A stretch of 64,000 nt of DNA from NCBI RefSeq assembly GCF_018977255.1, contig NW_024704743.1:51834001-51898000 (forward strand), read 5' to 3'. This stretch comes from Callorhinchus milii (Eukaryota). Positions 24,233 through 36,762 of this stretch are shown here, one piece after another. The translations under genes and the position numbers were made by a program. Under the pieces are notes generated by a model that was not told the origin of the DNA, searched no databases, and worked only from the letters and a program-made list of their open reading frames with translations. Position 1 is the first letter of the stretch, and each line of letters starts with the position of its first letter.

Positions 24233-24600
24233 ATACAACAACAATTTGCACTTATATAGCACCCTCCACGCAGGATAGCGTCTCAGAGCACTTAGAAATG
24301 TGATAAGCCAAGGAACTTTACTATTACTAATAATAATCCTTGCATTTGGTCTAGCGCCTTTCACATTGAGAAGACATCTTAAAATGCTTCACAGGATTTA
24401 CTTGTAATTATAATAATAATAATAATCCTTGCATTTGATATAGAGCTTTTCACATCTTCGAGACATCCCAAAGTGCTTCACACAATAGACTGTAAAGTGA
24501 ATTGACCGTATATTTGTGGGCGAAAGGCGGCAGCCAATTGCACACAGCAGTGACTCACAAACAGTCGTGGAATGAAAGTGACCAATTTATTATTGTTTTT
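24233..24600 (-). mobile_element. Cluster of an L2 tail, a SINE tail and a SINE 3' half, all on the minus strand
   Basis: Three successive ttgcac/ttgcattt tail motifs at ~24247, ~24340 and ~24429. Confidence 0.85.
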
Positions 24601-24904
24601 TGTAGTGTAGTGAGTGCGCATTTTGTAGGTGACTACAAGACATTTTGTGCATGGCAATGGCCCAACTGAGAGTGCTACCAACTGAGGCAGGCGAGTATAC
24701 TGTGGGGCAAGGTGGAAAGAACGTTTATGAATGTTTATGCAAGCTATATCAAATGCAAGGATCATTATTGTTAAGGAGAACAATCAGTATGAAACAGGAT
24801 TTGAGGACAGAATATGATGTACAATAAGTCACCTTAGACTCCAATGGAGTGGCTCAACAGAGGTTTGTTTTTGACATTTATGTGTGAAATCTGGGATGCT
24901 TTGG

Positions 24905-25140
24905 GAACATAGGAGCATAGGAACAGGAGGAGGCCATTCAGCCCTTCGAGCCTATTCCGCCATTTAATTGGATCATGGCTGATCTGTACTTCAACTAATC
25001 CTTTGAATTCCAATTTCCCACTTTCTTTCTCCTCATATCCCTTAATACCCTGACCTACCAAAAAATCTATCAACCTCACTCTTGAAGGTGTGGATGGATC
25101 CAGTATCCATGTTCTTTTGGGAGAGAGAATTCCAGATTTG
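24905..25140 (-). mobile_element. CR1 3' end
   Basis: gaacataggagcataggaacaggaggaggccattcagcccttcgagcc...gatcatggctgatctg. Confidence 0.92.
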
Positions 25141-27029
25141 TGGTGTTGATGGTGGGCAGATGATCAAGTCAAATTGTATTGGAGAGATTGTTAAGATAAG
25201 CAGAATGTGTGACTGTTCAAACATTATATTACATCTTAAGCTATGCTTTTTTAAAACATTGTCAGAGGTGGTGTTTCAGTGTGAGAGAAGGTTGAGTGAT
25301 GTAAGTGGGCATGTCACGGAGTTGCAGGCATTTCAAAGGCTAGCACATGGTGAAAACTGATCTGCGCACTGAAAGAGTACATGATGTGATTCAACGAATG
25401 TTGCGTGAGATGACAGCCGCTGGCTGGTGAAAACGTGCCATTTTTCGTCTGTGGACAGAATACATTTTATACAAATTGGGAAATCTGGAGGATCTAAGAC
25501 TGAGCCAGCATGTCACACACCCACATTTGTGCTGTACACTATTATCACGTTCTTAATCCTACAGCAGCAAATGGTTCCCATCAGGTGAAACCCTTAATAT
25601 TGGAAGTATGTCTAAGAAAACAAAAAATAGTTTGAACTGTGTGGGAATATACATGTGTGTTATATTAGATAATTGAAAACGTTCTTCCAGAGTGGAACAA
25701 TGTTCAAAATCTCAAAATAAGTAGGGCAGGGGGCCCTTTTTCTCATAAACTATTCCAGCAACCTTGGCTCTGAGGCGTGTTACTGTTAAATATAGCCGAT
25801 GTAAAAAATGTAAATACAATTTAACTGAACAAGTCAAAGGCTTACGTTACCAACTGCCAGGTGGTAAGGGCACTAAGTAACAGCCCAGGATTTATCCCTA
25901 ATGATATTCACTAAGTTCAGCTCTCAGGAGGCCTGACATTCCTGTTTTTGCTAAATCTGGGCAACAATTTAGACGTAAGTAAACAGGGGCGCAATGTCGG
26001 GAGATCGAGGCAAAGTACACGTCATCTGTGTTTAGTGCTGCTCTCAGCACTCCCACCGCTCAGAAAATGGAGTTCAAGCCTTTCGTGGAAAGGAAGGAAG
26101 AAGGCCAATTTAGCTTGTTAAGGTTTTGTTAAAGGCCACTCACAAAGAACTTCTGCAACATTGCACAGCTGGGCCGGCACATTAAAATGTGAGTGTTTAA
26201 CTCCAGGTCAAGCCTGGCGTTAATGAGCTTAATGAAGGGGAAAATTTCAAAGTATCACCACAGCAGCGAGCGAAGTGAACAGTACAGAGAAATTCTCTGT
26301 CCGAGATACAATGGTCACTGATGGGTATATTGGAATGATGGAGAAAGGCAAGGATGAGACACAGAGGAGTGGGGGGACATAAAAAGGAAACAACTCAAAG
26401 CAAGTATCACTCATGCAGGGTCCACTGCAAAACAGTTACCTACCTGGACCTGATGATGAGCAGTGAATAAAGAGGCTGAGACTATCATATCCAACACAAT
26501 TTGGCTAGAAATCCACTTTTTCAAATTTGACTGATCAGCCAAATTTGACTTCATGTCAGATTTTCACTACAAGTTCTGCATTCCACAGCTGTTTCACTTT
26601 AGGAGCAAAAACTGCTCCTTATTGCAGATGTGCCGTTATCGGAGTCTAAGCTGTGATATTTGCAAACCGGATTCATTACCTTAATTGCAGTTTCCAGTTC
26701 ATGACTTGGAATTTGTGAATCCATACATCTCTGCTTGGAAACAGCCATGTGATTTGCTCACTGGCCTTTATTCACACTTTACAAAGTTAGGATTCACGAT
26801 TTGTTGGCTGTGTACTTTATTCCGGATTTTGGAAACCAAGGTAGAAGATGGAATTAACACAACAATTGGTTTGTGTATATTGCAAGTTAGATCCCAAGTT
26901 TTATTGCTACTAAGAAAATCGCAGTTCTCAAAACGGGTAGAAGTTCATAATGTTTGATGCTAATGCAATTTGTAGTCTTGTGAATTTAGCAAAATGCCTT
27001 TCATTGCCAGTTTCTGAATATCAAACGAT

Positions 27030-27272
27030 GAGCCCCAAATTTAACCTAGTCTTAGCCTGCAAAACTATTTTGTCTTCTAAGGTGACATCATGCAGAACTG
27101 CAGAAAATGCTTAATTACAGTCTTAATTTGCAAGCCACTTTTCCACAGTTTTTAAAAGAAACTGTTTGCCAAATTAATACTGAAATTATAATTTTTGCAT
27201 GATTCTGCCCAGTCTTAAATTTTAAGTAAAAAAGGATTTGCAGGCAAAGATTATATGGAATTTCGGGACTCA
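27030..27272. mobile_element. Palindromic MITE-like element with ~35-bp imperfect TIRs
   Basis: Left gagccccaaatttaacctagtcttagcctgcaaa; right end reverse-complemented gagtcccgaaattccatataatctttgcctgcaaa. Confidence 0.65.
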
Positions 27273-29864
27273 ATCTGCAATTCTGGGATGGACAGTAATA
27301 TTTGATCTTGCCTCATGGTATCATATTAATGTGGCCCAAATGGCTAAGAGCCATAAGATTATATTTATTTTTCCAGACAACAATTCTGAGCGCTAACAAC
27401 TCAGTCAATTGAACTCTTTTGGTCTTTTACTTAAACATACATGAACTTGTTAATTTAAATGAAGGAAATAGAAGAGGACTGTGCTTAGCGATACAAGTGT
27501 AAAAGCAATATTATGTAAAGTTAGAAATAGAAACAACAGAATGTGTTATATCACATACAATAAGTATAAATAAAGTCTTAAATATTTAGCAAACATTGTT
27601 TCCTAGTCATTTTTTAAAAAAACAGTAATGTCATCAATTAAATTATATCAAACCATTGATCCACAATGGAAATTTTGCCAATGTTAATGGATTTTTATAC
27701 TGGGTCAAGAAAATGTTAACATAGTTTCATTATGTCATCACTTTTCTCCATGCATTAGCAATATTATTGTGATCTTATTGATGTGCATTGAGATACTGTA
27801 TTAGCAAATTATTTCAAATACAATTCTCACCATGTATACAATGACACAGGGCATGTCAATGTCTAACTGTTTTATGTAAATAGCCTGATAGTAAAGTTGG
27901 GATGCAAAACACAGTCTGGTGATCTGGAGCTCTCTGAAGAATGTAATTAGTTGGGATGAGCAAACCTACCTGGGTTCTGTGGTATAATTTGTTTAAAGTC
28001 TAATTGATTAACTTAAGTTTTGCTGAAAGCAAGAAGCATCGTTTGAACATAACCACCTCTACCACAATAGCCAAAGCTATTTTAAAGTTGCTCTGCAGCA
28101 TAAGGTAGGTTAAGAGCATTTTAGTATTCAGAAATTGAATGCAGATCACTTCTAACAATTTGCAGTTGTAATATGCTCAGCTAGAAATTATTTTTGCTTT
28201 CTCTGCTTGGCAAACATTTAACATTTACTTAACAACACTTTATCCAGAGAGTGGTGAATATATTGAAACGCGTTGCCCAAGGAAGTGAGGGAGGCAGATT
28301 GTTTTGGGAAGTTCTATAATGAGAAAGATAATCATATAGCAAACAAGATCAATTGAAATGTTTGAGCAATAGAGAAGTCTATTTTTTTTAATTTCACATG
28401 ACTTTGATATTTTCCAGTCTTGAACATTGATTTGGTCACATGTTCCCTTGTAAAAATCAAGCTCATGTTTATACAATTTTGGACAAAGTGGGATCAAACT
28501 AGAAATATTCACACAATGGATTTAATGTCTTAATTCTGATCTTGAACATCAAAGCCAACATTCGCAAAACAGCTAATGGCATCTCCTGAAAGTTGACTTT
28601 CTGAAATAGCAAACCAGAAGTCGCAACAAGTGCAGCTTGTGAATATTGCAAATTAGACCCAAAAATCACTCCTGCAGCAACAATGATGAGAGCTATCATC
28701 TGGATTTCAGGCTGTTACAATTCTAAACTTGGCAGATGTGAAATAATTTGTGATCATGATTGAGTTACTTCAATGATGAATTGTAAAACTTGCACAAACA
28801 TGTTTAAAAGGCATTGCAGATTTAATATATTGCTTAAATTCAGCACTCTTGCAATGCAACAACAGTCTAGCATACAGTAAAGTACTGAAGCAGCTAATCA
28901 GAACTGCAGCCCTAACATTAATTCTATCTCTTATCAATATGGAAGCTCTGTGAGTTAGCTAACTTCAGGCCAAAATTTGCCTTTTGTCCTCTTCTCACTG
29001 GCTTTATTTCTCACTGGCTTTATTCCTCCCTGCAGGTCAAAGACACTTGGACTTGCTTTACATCTTGCTTCAGTGTAAACTTATTTGACTCCCTGCTTGT
29101 CTGCAATTGCTTTTCATCTGGATAAAGGCTCAACCTGCTTCCTGACCAAATTAAATGCATGCGCGCATGCTCTCCACTGCTCGTCCTGTTCAGAACCACA
29201 TCATGAGTGCATTACAAAAGTGACAAATTACTGTGGAATGAATGTAACCTCATCGAAAAGGCCAAGAAATTTCTTTTTTGATGCCTTTTACAACGGGCCA
29301 GAACATAGCTTTCAAGACAAGCATTTGTTTCTGGCTTGACTCATAGAAATTGATCCTGTTCAGTATCTGAATTTAGAACCTGCATTGCAGCTGCTTAACA
29401 ATGTTTAGCAATTACTGGTGGAGGAGAAACAGTTGAATCGCCACCTAAACAGCATCTAATTGCTTTAGGTCCTGGTATATGTACACCGGGAAATGCGACC
29501 ACAATACAAGGCAATTTTATTTTGGAACATTTCAGACAGCTTGGCTTCCATTCTTTAATGTACATTGGATATCTGCTATTTTATAATTGTGTTTCGGAGA
29601 TGAGAAATGTAATTAATTTAAATCCTACTTGTTTAACAACCGAGGCTTATCGTAAAGCTGACATGCTTAAGTCGACAGTAATACCCAATGCATAAACACA
29701 TAACACACAGAAATCACACTGTGCAGAACAGGTAAGTTGGCATATCGGATGTTTTCAAGCTGCCATTTTAAAGAGGATCTTTGCTATAAATGTTTTCTGA
29801 TGGCCTATCAGTGCAAATAATATGAAAACTAGTCACTTGTGAGCAAACATAATAGTAATTCTTA

Positions 29865-30335
29865 ATAATCTTTGCATTTGATACAGTGCCTTATCACATC
29901 ATTAAGATGTCTCAAAGGGCTTCACAGAATAAAGCTAGGTTCCTGAAACAGAACTTGAATGACAAAATAATAAAAAACAAAATTCCTTCCATTTGATATA
30001 GCACCTTATCACATTGTTGAACACCTCAAAGCAATTTGCAGGATTTCACTGATTGTATTTGTAGGCCAACAGGGCAGCCAATTTGCACACAGCAATGTAC
30101 CACAAACAGCTATTTTGATGAATGATCAATTTTAGCTGGGAGATTATTGGGCAGGACACTGGAAGAAACTCCCTTCTCTTTCTAAAATTGTAGTACCATG
30201 TGATCTTTAACATCCAGCTGATCAGGCAGATGGTGCCTTTGTTTCAGATCTCATCTGAAGGATGGCCTCTGACAATGCAACCCCCCCCCAGCACTGGATT
30301 AGAGCCGAGATGTTACCAATTGAGCCAAGGTGACA
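29865..30335 (-). mobile_element. SINE tail followed by a Deu-domain SINE
   Basis: ggcagccaatttgcacacagcaatg, ggcagatggtgccttgtttcagatctcatctgaagg, head remnant taccaattgagccaaggtgacac. Confidence 0.85.
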
Positions 30336-30849
30336 CCTATAAATGGACAGTCTGAAATCTTTATTTTTGTTCTTAAATTCTTGTGTGCCAAAGATGTGCT
30401 TTACGTATCTGTGCAATGCCACTTTAAACCATGTTTATGTAGCTATTAGGACAATTTAATATCAGGAACTTGCAGCGTTATGTAAATATTCTTTACTTGT
30501 CTCATCTCTGATACGGCTTTCATCCATTTTTTATACTTCACACCAAATACACGCTTTCCTATTGAAAACAGCAAGAGCACACAACTGTCTGGAGGAAGCA
30601 GTATGTTGCTCGAGGCAATACAGCTCAGCCATGTGTTCTGCAAATCTCAGTGCATTTTAATATGAAGCTTTGGTTTGGCTTATCCTAAATGGCTTCAGCT
30701 ATTTCTTTACTGAATTGTTCAAAGATAGCTTTTGGAAAGGATTTCTCAGAAGAAATACACTTACGTTTCTGTCCAACTTTTATTGGCAGGCCATGGAAAC
30801 TGAAAATTTCTCTACATACAGCAATCACCAGTTACACACATTCAGTCCT

Positions 30850-31205
30850 AAGTGAACATCGGAACAGGATTAGGGCATTTGGCCAATCAAACGTGTCTCA
30901 CCACTTTCCAAGATTTTGGCAGATGCGCAACTCAATTCCACCTTCCCACCCTCTCTCCATATCCCTTGATATATCCCTCCAGATCCTGTGTCTGTCAAGT
31001 ATTTATCAATGTGCCTTTTAAATTCTTCAACTAACTCTGCCTCCACTGCCCTCTGGGGGAGTGAATTCTACACTCCCAACCCCTAATGCGTGGAAAATAT
31101 ACTTCCTTATTTCACTTCCAAACAGTTTAAACATTTTTTGCCTCACGTTTAATACTCTAGTCCTCAATACTCTTGCCAGAGGAAACAGTTGCTCACTATT
31201 CACTA
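30850..31205 (-). mobile_element. CR1 3' fragment
   Basis: Minus ORF LFPLARVLRTR...VEFTPPEGSGG resembles the CR1 C-terminus; 3' UTR-like gaacatcggaacagg. Confidence 0.8.
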
Positions 31206-32220
31206 GCACTGGGTAGGCTTCAGGTATAGAGCCTCACTGTCTCAGGAATGGCCATGCTGCACCTGTTAGGTGTATTTGGGAGCAATGGCATTACCAGCAA
31301 ATCATGGTTCCTGTAGCTTTCTTTTAATTGATCAATAAAGTACCACCTAAAGAAAATGCTGTACAATCTCACCAGTCCTTACAAAACTTCTACCTATAAA
31401 TCACTTTCTTTTTAATCTGTTTGCACTGGGCCGATCGCTAAGTGCTTCTCCTTTCTCTCTGTTATTCTGCTCAACCCTATTTCAGTGTTTATTTTTCCTT
31501 CTGTGTTTCCCATTTTCTGGCTGTGCCGCGAAACATAGCATCTACCTCCTTCATATATCAAGGTGAAAAGTATATGTTTCATAACTGATTTGATATGGTA
31601 ATTCTGCCATGGTCAATTCCAATGCAGAATTCACCAGAATTCCCTACCAGGGATGATGAACTGGAATTTGATCATTGTGATACCATTAATCTCAGAAAAA
31701 GAAGAGATTGGTGTGTAGCGGGACAGACATGTCTGTCTGCCTGTTGTATTCTAGCTTCCCAGTGCAAGATTTGCCTAAGGATGAAGGAAAAAGCAGTGCA
31801 CCAAACACACCATGCCATCAACTAACTCTCATTTATCACTATATAAGAGTGGGGACAGCAGAACCCTAGAAATAACTACTCACCCGGCTTCCAGCCTTCT
31901 TGACTCGGGAATTATACCTGATATCCAGGTGTGTATCAGACAAGTGGATGGATTAGGGGGGAAAGCAAACAAAGAACAAGAAATGCCTCAAAAATAAATG
32001 GAAGATTAAAAGAAAAATAGTACATTGAGCATTCTGCTCTACAAGTAAAGGCTACTGGTCTAACAAAAACAGATTTGCACTGGTCGGTACGATTGTTGCA
32101 GTGCATGAGTTGTGCTTTAGATTTGCAAGTTGTAAAGTGGATGAAAGTCTGACTAATGCAACTATTTACAGTTGTAAGAAATGTCTCTGCATAGTCCACT
32201 GAATGAAAAGCTAATCCACA

Positions 32221-32645
32221 ACCTCACCTACAAGGCCATTCACGGCCTTGCTCCCTCCTACCTCTCCGACCTACTATCCCCCTACCTACCTGCCCGTACC
32301 CTCCGTTCCTCTGGCTCCGGTCTGCTCCACATCCCCCGCCCCAACCGCCCTACCATCGGTGGCCGGGTCTTCAGCCTCTCAGCCCCTAGGCTCTGGAACT
32401 CCATCCCTCAGTGCCTTTGCCTTGCTTCCTCCATTCCTCCTTCAAGGCCGGTCTCAAGACCTTTCTCTTTGACCGTGCCTTCAGCTCCCCTCTCAACTCT
32501 CTACCCCCTCCTCGCTCCCTCCCGTCCCTCCCCTCACCCTGACTATTTCCCCCCTGCTCGGGTCCTGACCCAACTGTCCAGTGCCTTGGGACGTCCTCCC
32601 GACGTGAAAGGTGCTCTATTAATGGAATCTTGTTGTTGTTGTTGT
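32221..32645 (+). mobile_element. L2 LINE 3' end, relatively young
   Basis: LTYKAIHGLAPSYLSDLL..Y.PARTLRSS...GGRVFSLSAPRLWNSIP; tail gggacgtcctcccgacgtgaaagg plus (TTG)n. Confidence 0.95.
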
Positions 32646-32679
32646 ATTTTGTTTTGTCAATAGTTTGAGATCATATTCT

Positions 32680-33036
32680 TCTGGCCTGACACTCCAATGC
32701 ATTTCTGGAGAGTGCTGAATTATTGGAAGTGTTATCCTTTGGATGAGACGTTATACCAAAGGTCCCATCTGCTTGTTCTGGTGGATGCTGAAGATTCCAT
32801 TGCAATATTCGAAAGAGCTGGGAATTTATCCTGGTGTCCTGGCCAACAATCCCCCAAATACAATTGGCCATTCACTTCATGGCTGCTTGTAGGACATTGC
32901 TGTGTGTAAATCAACTGCCATGTTCATCTACAAAATACACTGTAATTACACTTTACAGTAAATTCTGCGAAGACCTTTTAGACACCCTCCTGACAAGAAA
33001 TATGCCATATCTGATGTAAGGATTATTATTTATTAT
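32680..33036 (+). mobile_element. Deu-domain SINE, 5'-truncated
   Basis: ctgacactccaatgc...ggatgagacgttataccaaaggtcccatctgc...aggattattattt. Confidence 0.8.
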
Positions 33037-34069
33037 TTTGGCGAAGTGACAGTAAAAAGTGTTGCAGCTACTCATGTCAATTAGGGTGCGTTGAGCGCTG
33101 TTTATTTATGCTGTCTTTTCTAACTGTTCTTTCTATGATGATCTTTGCATGCTATAAATTAATAACTCACTCCTATATTTTTTGCACCTCACTATTTTTT
33201 CAAAGCTCTCTCAGTGTGGAAATTCTTCAAAGTCCTGGAGCAAATTGCAAAAGCAAATCTTACTGACAGTGGATTTGAATAAAATAAAATAAACTGAATA
33301 TTGAAGCAAGGTTAGTTAGGCTTGCCAACCAAAGTGATACTGGTTCTATGACCCCCAGCACATTGCATCAATTTGCATTTAATCTGATGAGGAAAAAATG
33401 TTTTGCCTCAGTATAGCCTGGCTTTGGTGAAAGATAGCAAAGGCATCACTGGGCTGGAGCAGAGCTTTGTTATGGAACAGCAGCCACATTTAACACCAGC
33501 AGAAAACAAATGTTCTAGGTTAAATCCAAGAATAAACACCTGGTATTTTAAAAAGCTTTGCTGTTTCTTCAAATATTATTATCTGCATTCCACATCCCCT
33601 TGGGGAAGGGAGGATATTTGTTTGAGCTCCTGCCATGCAGGTGAGGACTCATTCTATTTTAAAATTAAATTTAATTTGTGCCTGTTGCATTGCTCCCATA
33701 GCAGCTCCCAGCTGCTGCTATTTCTGATAGGCCTTTTGCTTGAGATATAAATAGCACAAGTAGCAATGTGGAGCAAACTCTCTGTTTGTTCTAATACTGG
33801 GCCTGAAAATAGGTAAGCGCTGCTTCACACTGCTTTTAGCCTGGAGGGACAAGCTGAAAACTCAGTCTAATACGTCATTTCTTAATCACTTTGCCTTTTA
33901 ATTAAATCATAGTTTAATAAACATATTGAAAGATCCGGGGATCTCAGGTATCAGGGTGTGTGTTCATTATTAAGTTTCGAAGTTTAGGGCTGTCCCACAC
34001 TGAATGCTCCACTTAGAAATCTGTGGCAAACTAGCATATCTTACTGTGCTTTTATTAATATTTATAACA

Positions 34070-34195
34070 ATAATAATCCTTTGTTATAGCACCTTTCATA
34101 TCAGAATGCCATCCCAAAGCACTTCACAGAACTTCTGTTAAAGTGGAGTGATGTAGGCGAAACTCAGCAGCCTAATTGTCCCACAAACAGCAACA
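34070..34195 (-). mobile_element. SINE tail fragment
   Basis: aataataatcctttg...caaagcacttcacag...tgtcccacaaacagc. Confidence 0.65.
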
Positions 34196-34204
34196 AAATT
34201 TTTC

Positions 34205-35622
34205 TCACACTACCGTACCATCTCCAACCTACCCTTCCTTTCCAAAGTCCTGGAACATATTATTGCAAGTCAACTTCGGTCACACCTCTCCCTCCACTCC
34301 CTCCTTGAGCCCCTGCAGTCTGGTTTTCGCCCTGCCCACAGCACAGAGATAGAGCTTGTCAAAGTCACAAACAACATTCTCTCTATCTGTGACCAGGGCT
34401 CCCTCTGCCTTCTCATCCTCTTGGATCTCTCTGCTGCGTTCGACACAGCTGACATTCCATCCTCCTCCATTGCCTTTCCTCCCTCATCCACCTTAGTGGG
34501 ACTGCACTTGAATGATTCGAGTCCCACTTAACCAACCACCTCCATTTCACCTCAAAAAATGGTTTCTCCTCCCTCCCCCACCCAGTCACCTGCGGAGTAC
34601 TCCAAAGATCCATCCTTGGCCCTCTTCTTTTCCTTATCTATATGCTCCCTCTTCGTGATGTCATCTGCAGACATGGAGTAAACTTGCACATGTATAAGGT
34701 GTCACACAAATCAACATTGCTTCCTCCAGTACCAACTCCAGGTCTGCTGATGTTCTATCAGTTTGTCTGGCAGACATCAGGGCCTGGATGAGTGTAAACG
34801 TCCTGCAGCTGAATATGGACAAGATGGAAGCCATACTCCTTGGTTCCCGTCAATGCCTTCACACTTGCGGATCTGAACTCCTCAACCTCCCTGGGCTCTC
34901 ACATTCACCAAACCAGTGCACAATCTGAGCAACTGGTTCGACCCCCAGCTGTTCTTCCTCCCACACATCTGGTCCCTGAGCAGGAACACCTTCTTCTACC
35001 TCTGCCACATTGCCTACCTCCGACAGTACCTTACCCCAAATGCAGCCAAAACCATTGTGAATGCGTCACTTCCTGCTTGGATTACTCCAATGCACTTCTC
35101 TCCGGTCTCCCCAGCTCAACCATTCAAAAGATCCAGCTGATTCAGAACTCTGCCGCCCGCATACTGATCCGGACCAAACTCCATACCCACATCTCACCAG
35201 TTCTGGCCAGGCTCCACTGGCTCCCCATCACCAAACGGATCGACTTCAAGATCCTCACTCTTGTGTTCAAATCCCTTCACTTCCTGGCACTTCCTACCTC
35301 TCCTCACTCCCCAATCCACCACCCGGCACCTCCGCTCGACTGGCACCGGCCTCCTGCTCGTCCCTCGCACCGTCTGCCCCAGCATCAGAGGTCGCGCTTC
35401 CAGCCATTACACCCCAAAGCTCTGGAACAATTTACCTCAATCCCTTCGCCTTGCCCCCTCTCTCCCTTTTTTCAAGTCCAGCCTGAAAGCCTTCCTCTTT
35501 GACAGTGCTTATGGCCACCTCCACTCCCCCTGGCTCAGAGTCAGGCTCCGCCACCGTTAAGTGCTCTGAGACGCTACCCTGTGTGGAGTATGCTATAAAA
35601 GTGGAAGTTGTAGTTGTTGTTG
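34205..35622 (+). mobile_element. L2 LINE, 5'-truncated, decayed RT domain plus 3' tail
   Basis: [84 protein letters not shown]; (TTG)n tail. Confidence 0.96.
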
Positions 35623-35639
35623 AAATGAAAGACCCTTTT

Positions 35640-35895
35640 TTTTTATTTGCGGGTTTGTTGTCCAGGATACCAGGAGGCACTCCTTTCTCTTTTTGAATAG
35701 TGCCACAGGATCTTTAACATCTATCTGGAGAGGCAGATAGGACCTGTAAGAATGATCCTTACACTTGATATAACGCCTTTCCTGTTGGGAGGACCTCTCA
35801 AAGTGCTTCAAAGTACTATGAAATGTAGTGACTGTGTATGTTATCAGCAAATTTTTACAGCCAATTTGCACACAGCAATGTCCCACAAACAGCCA
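35640..35895. mobile_element. Rearranged Deu-SINE fragments next to the L2 tail
   Basis: tgaatagtgccacaggatctttaacatc and cagccaatttgcacacagcaatgtcccacaaacagc, in swapped order. Confidence 0.65.
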
Positions 35896-36579
35896 GTTTC
35901 TCCATATCTTAAGATGGTAAGATAAACTTTTTATTATTGTAATTGTCACCTCTTTATCTTTTATCCTAACAAATTAATTTATTTCAAACCTCTCTTCTGA
36001 CCCATCCACACAGTCTCAAACAGTCTCAAACATTGACAGTGTTGCCCCTCAATCCCAGAACATGCATGTGATCAGTGTGGTGAGGGATCCTTCTCTACCC
36101 AGTATTTACTCTTTTCTCACATCTCTCCAGTTTGGAGCGCTTCATCTTTGTGGAGCTGTCCAGTGCTTTATCTGGTGGCCTTGCTGAGTGTTGATTAAAC
36201 TCACGGTGTAGGGATGAGAGTAGAATGACAGGGAGCTCAGGGGACTCAGCACTGAATCACAGCTGGTTGGAAGTCAGGTGCTCAGCTGATGCAGGTATTG
36301 TTCTAATTTGCAATATTCAGAAAATTGAGTTGTTGCATGAATTGCAGATTCGGTTTGCAAAATTGGTGGTGAAATTTCAAATATTTTGTCAGCAAAGTCC
36401 CCCAAGAAATGAGCATTTTTGGACTCTGCTGACTTGGGATTCACAATTTGTAAGTGCAATTTTTTTCAAACTGGAAGTTGCAAACAGAAGCTGGAATGAA
36501 TACCACCAAATCTGGTTTGCAAATGTTGCCAATTAAAGCCCATTATGTCCTGCACTGTTGTCGCCAATCTCCAATACAA

Positions 36580-36762
36580 TTAATAATAATAATAATCTTT
36601 GCATTTGATATAGAGCCTTATCAAATCTTCGAGATCTCTCAAAGCACTTCACAGAATATACTGTAAAGTGAATTGACTGTATATTTTGAGGGTGAAACAT
36701 GGCAGTCAATTGTGCACAGCAGTGTCCCACAAACAGTCGTGGATAGAGTGACCAATTTATTT
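36580..36762 (-). mobile_element. SINE 3' half
   Basis: (AAT)n ctttgcatttgatatagagcc...ctgtaaagtgaattgactgtat...cagcagtgtcccacaaacagtcgtgga. Confidence 0.9.

Noticed and set aside
34840..35502. Longest ORF (220 aa) as a host gene
   Set aside because: It is a frameshifted mosaic of L2 ORF2
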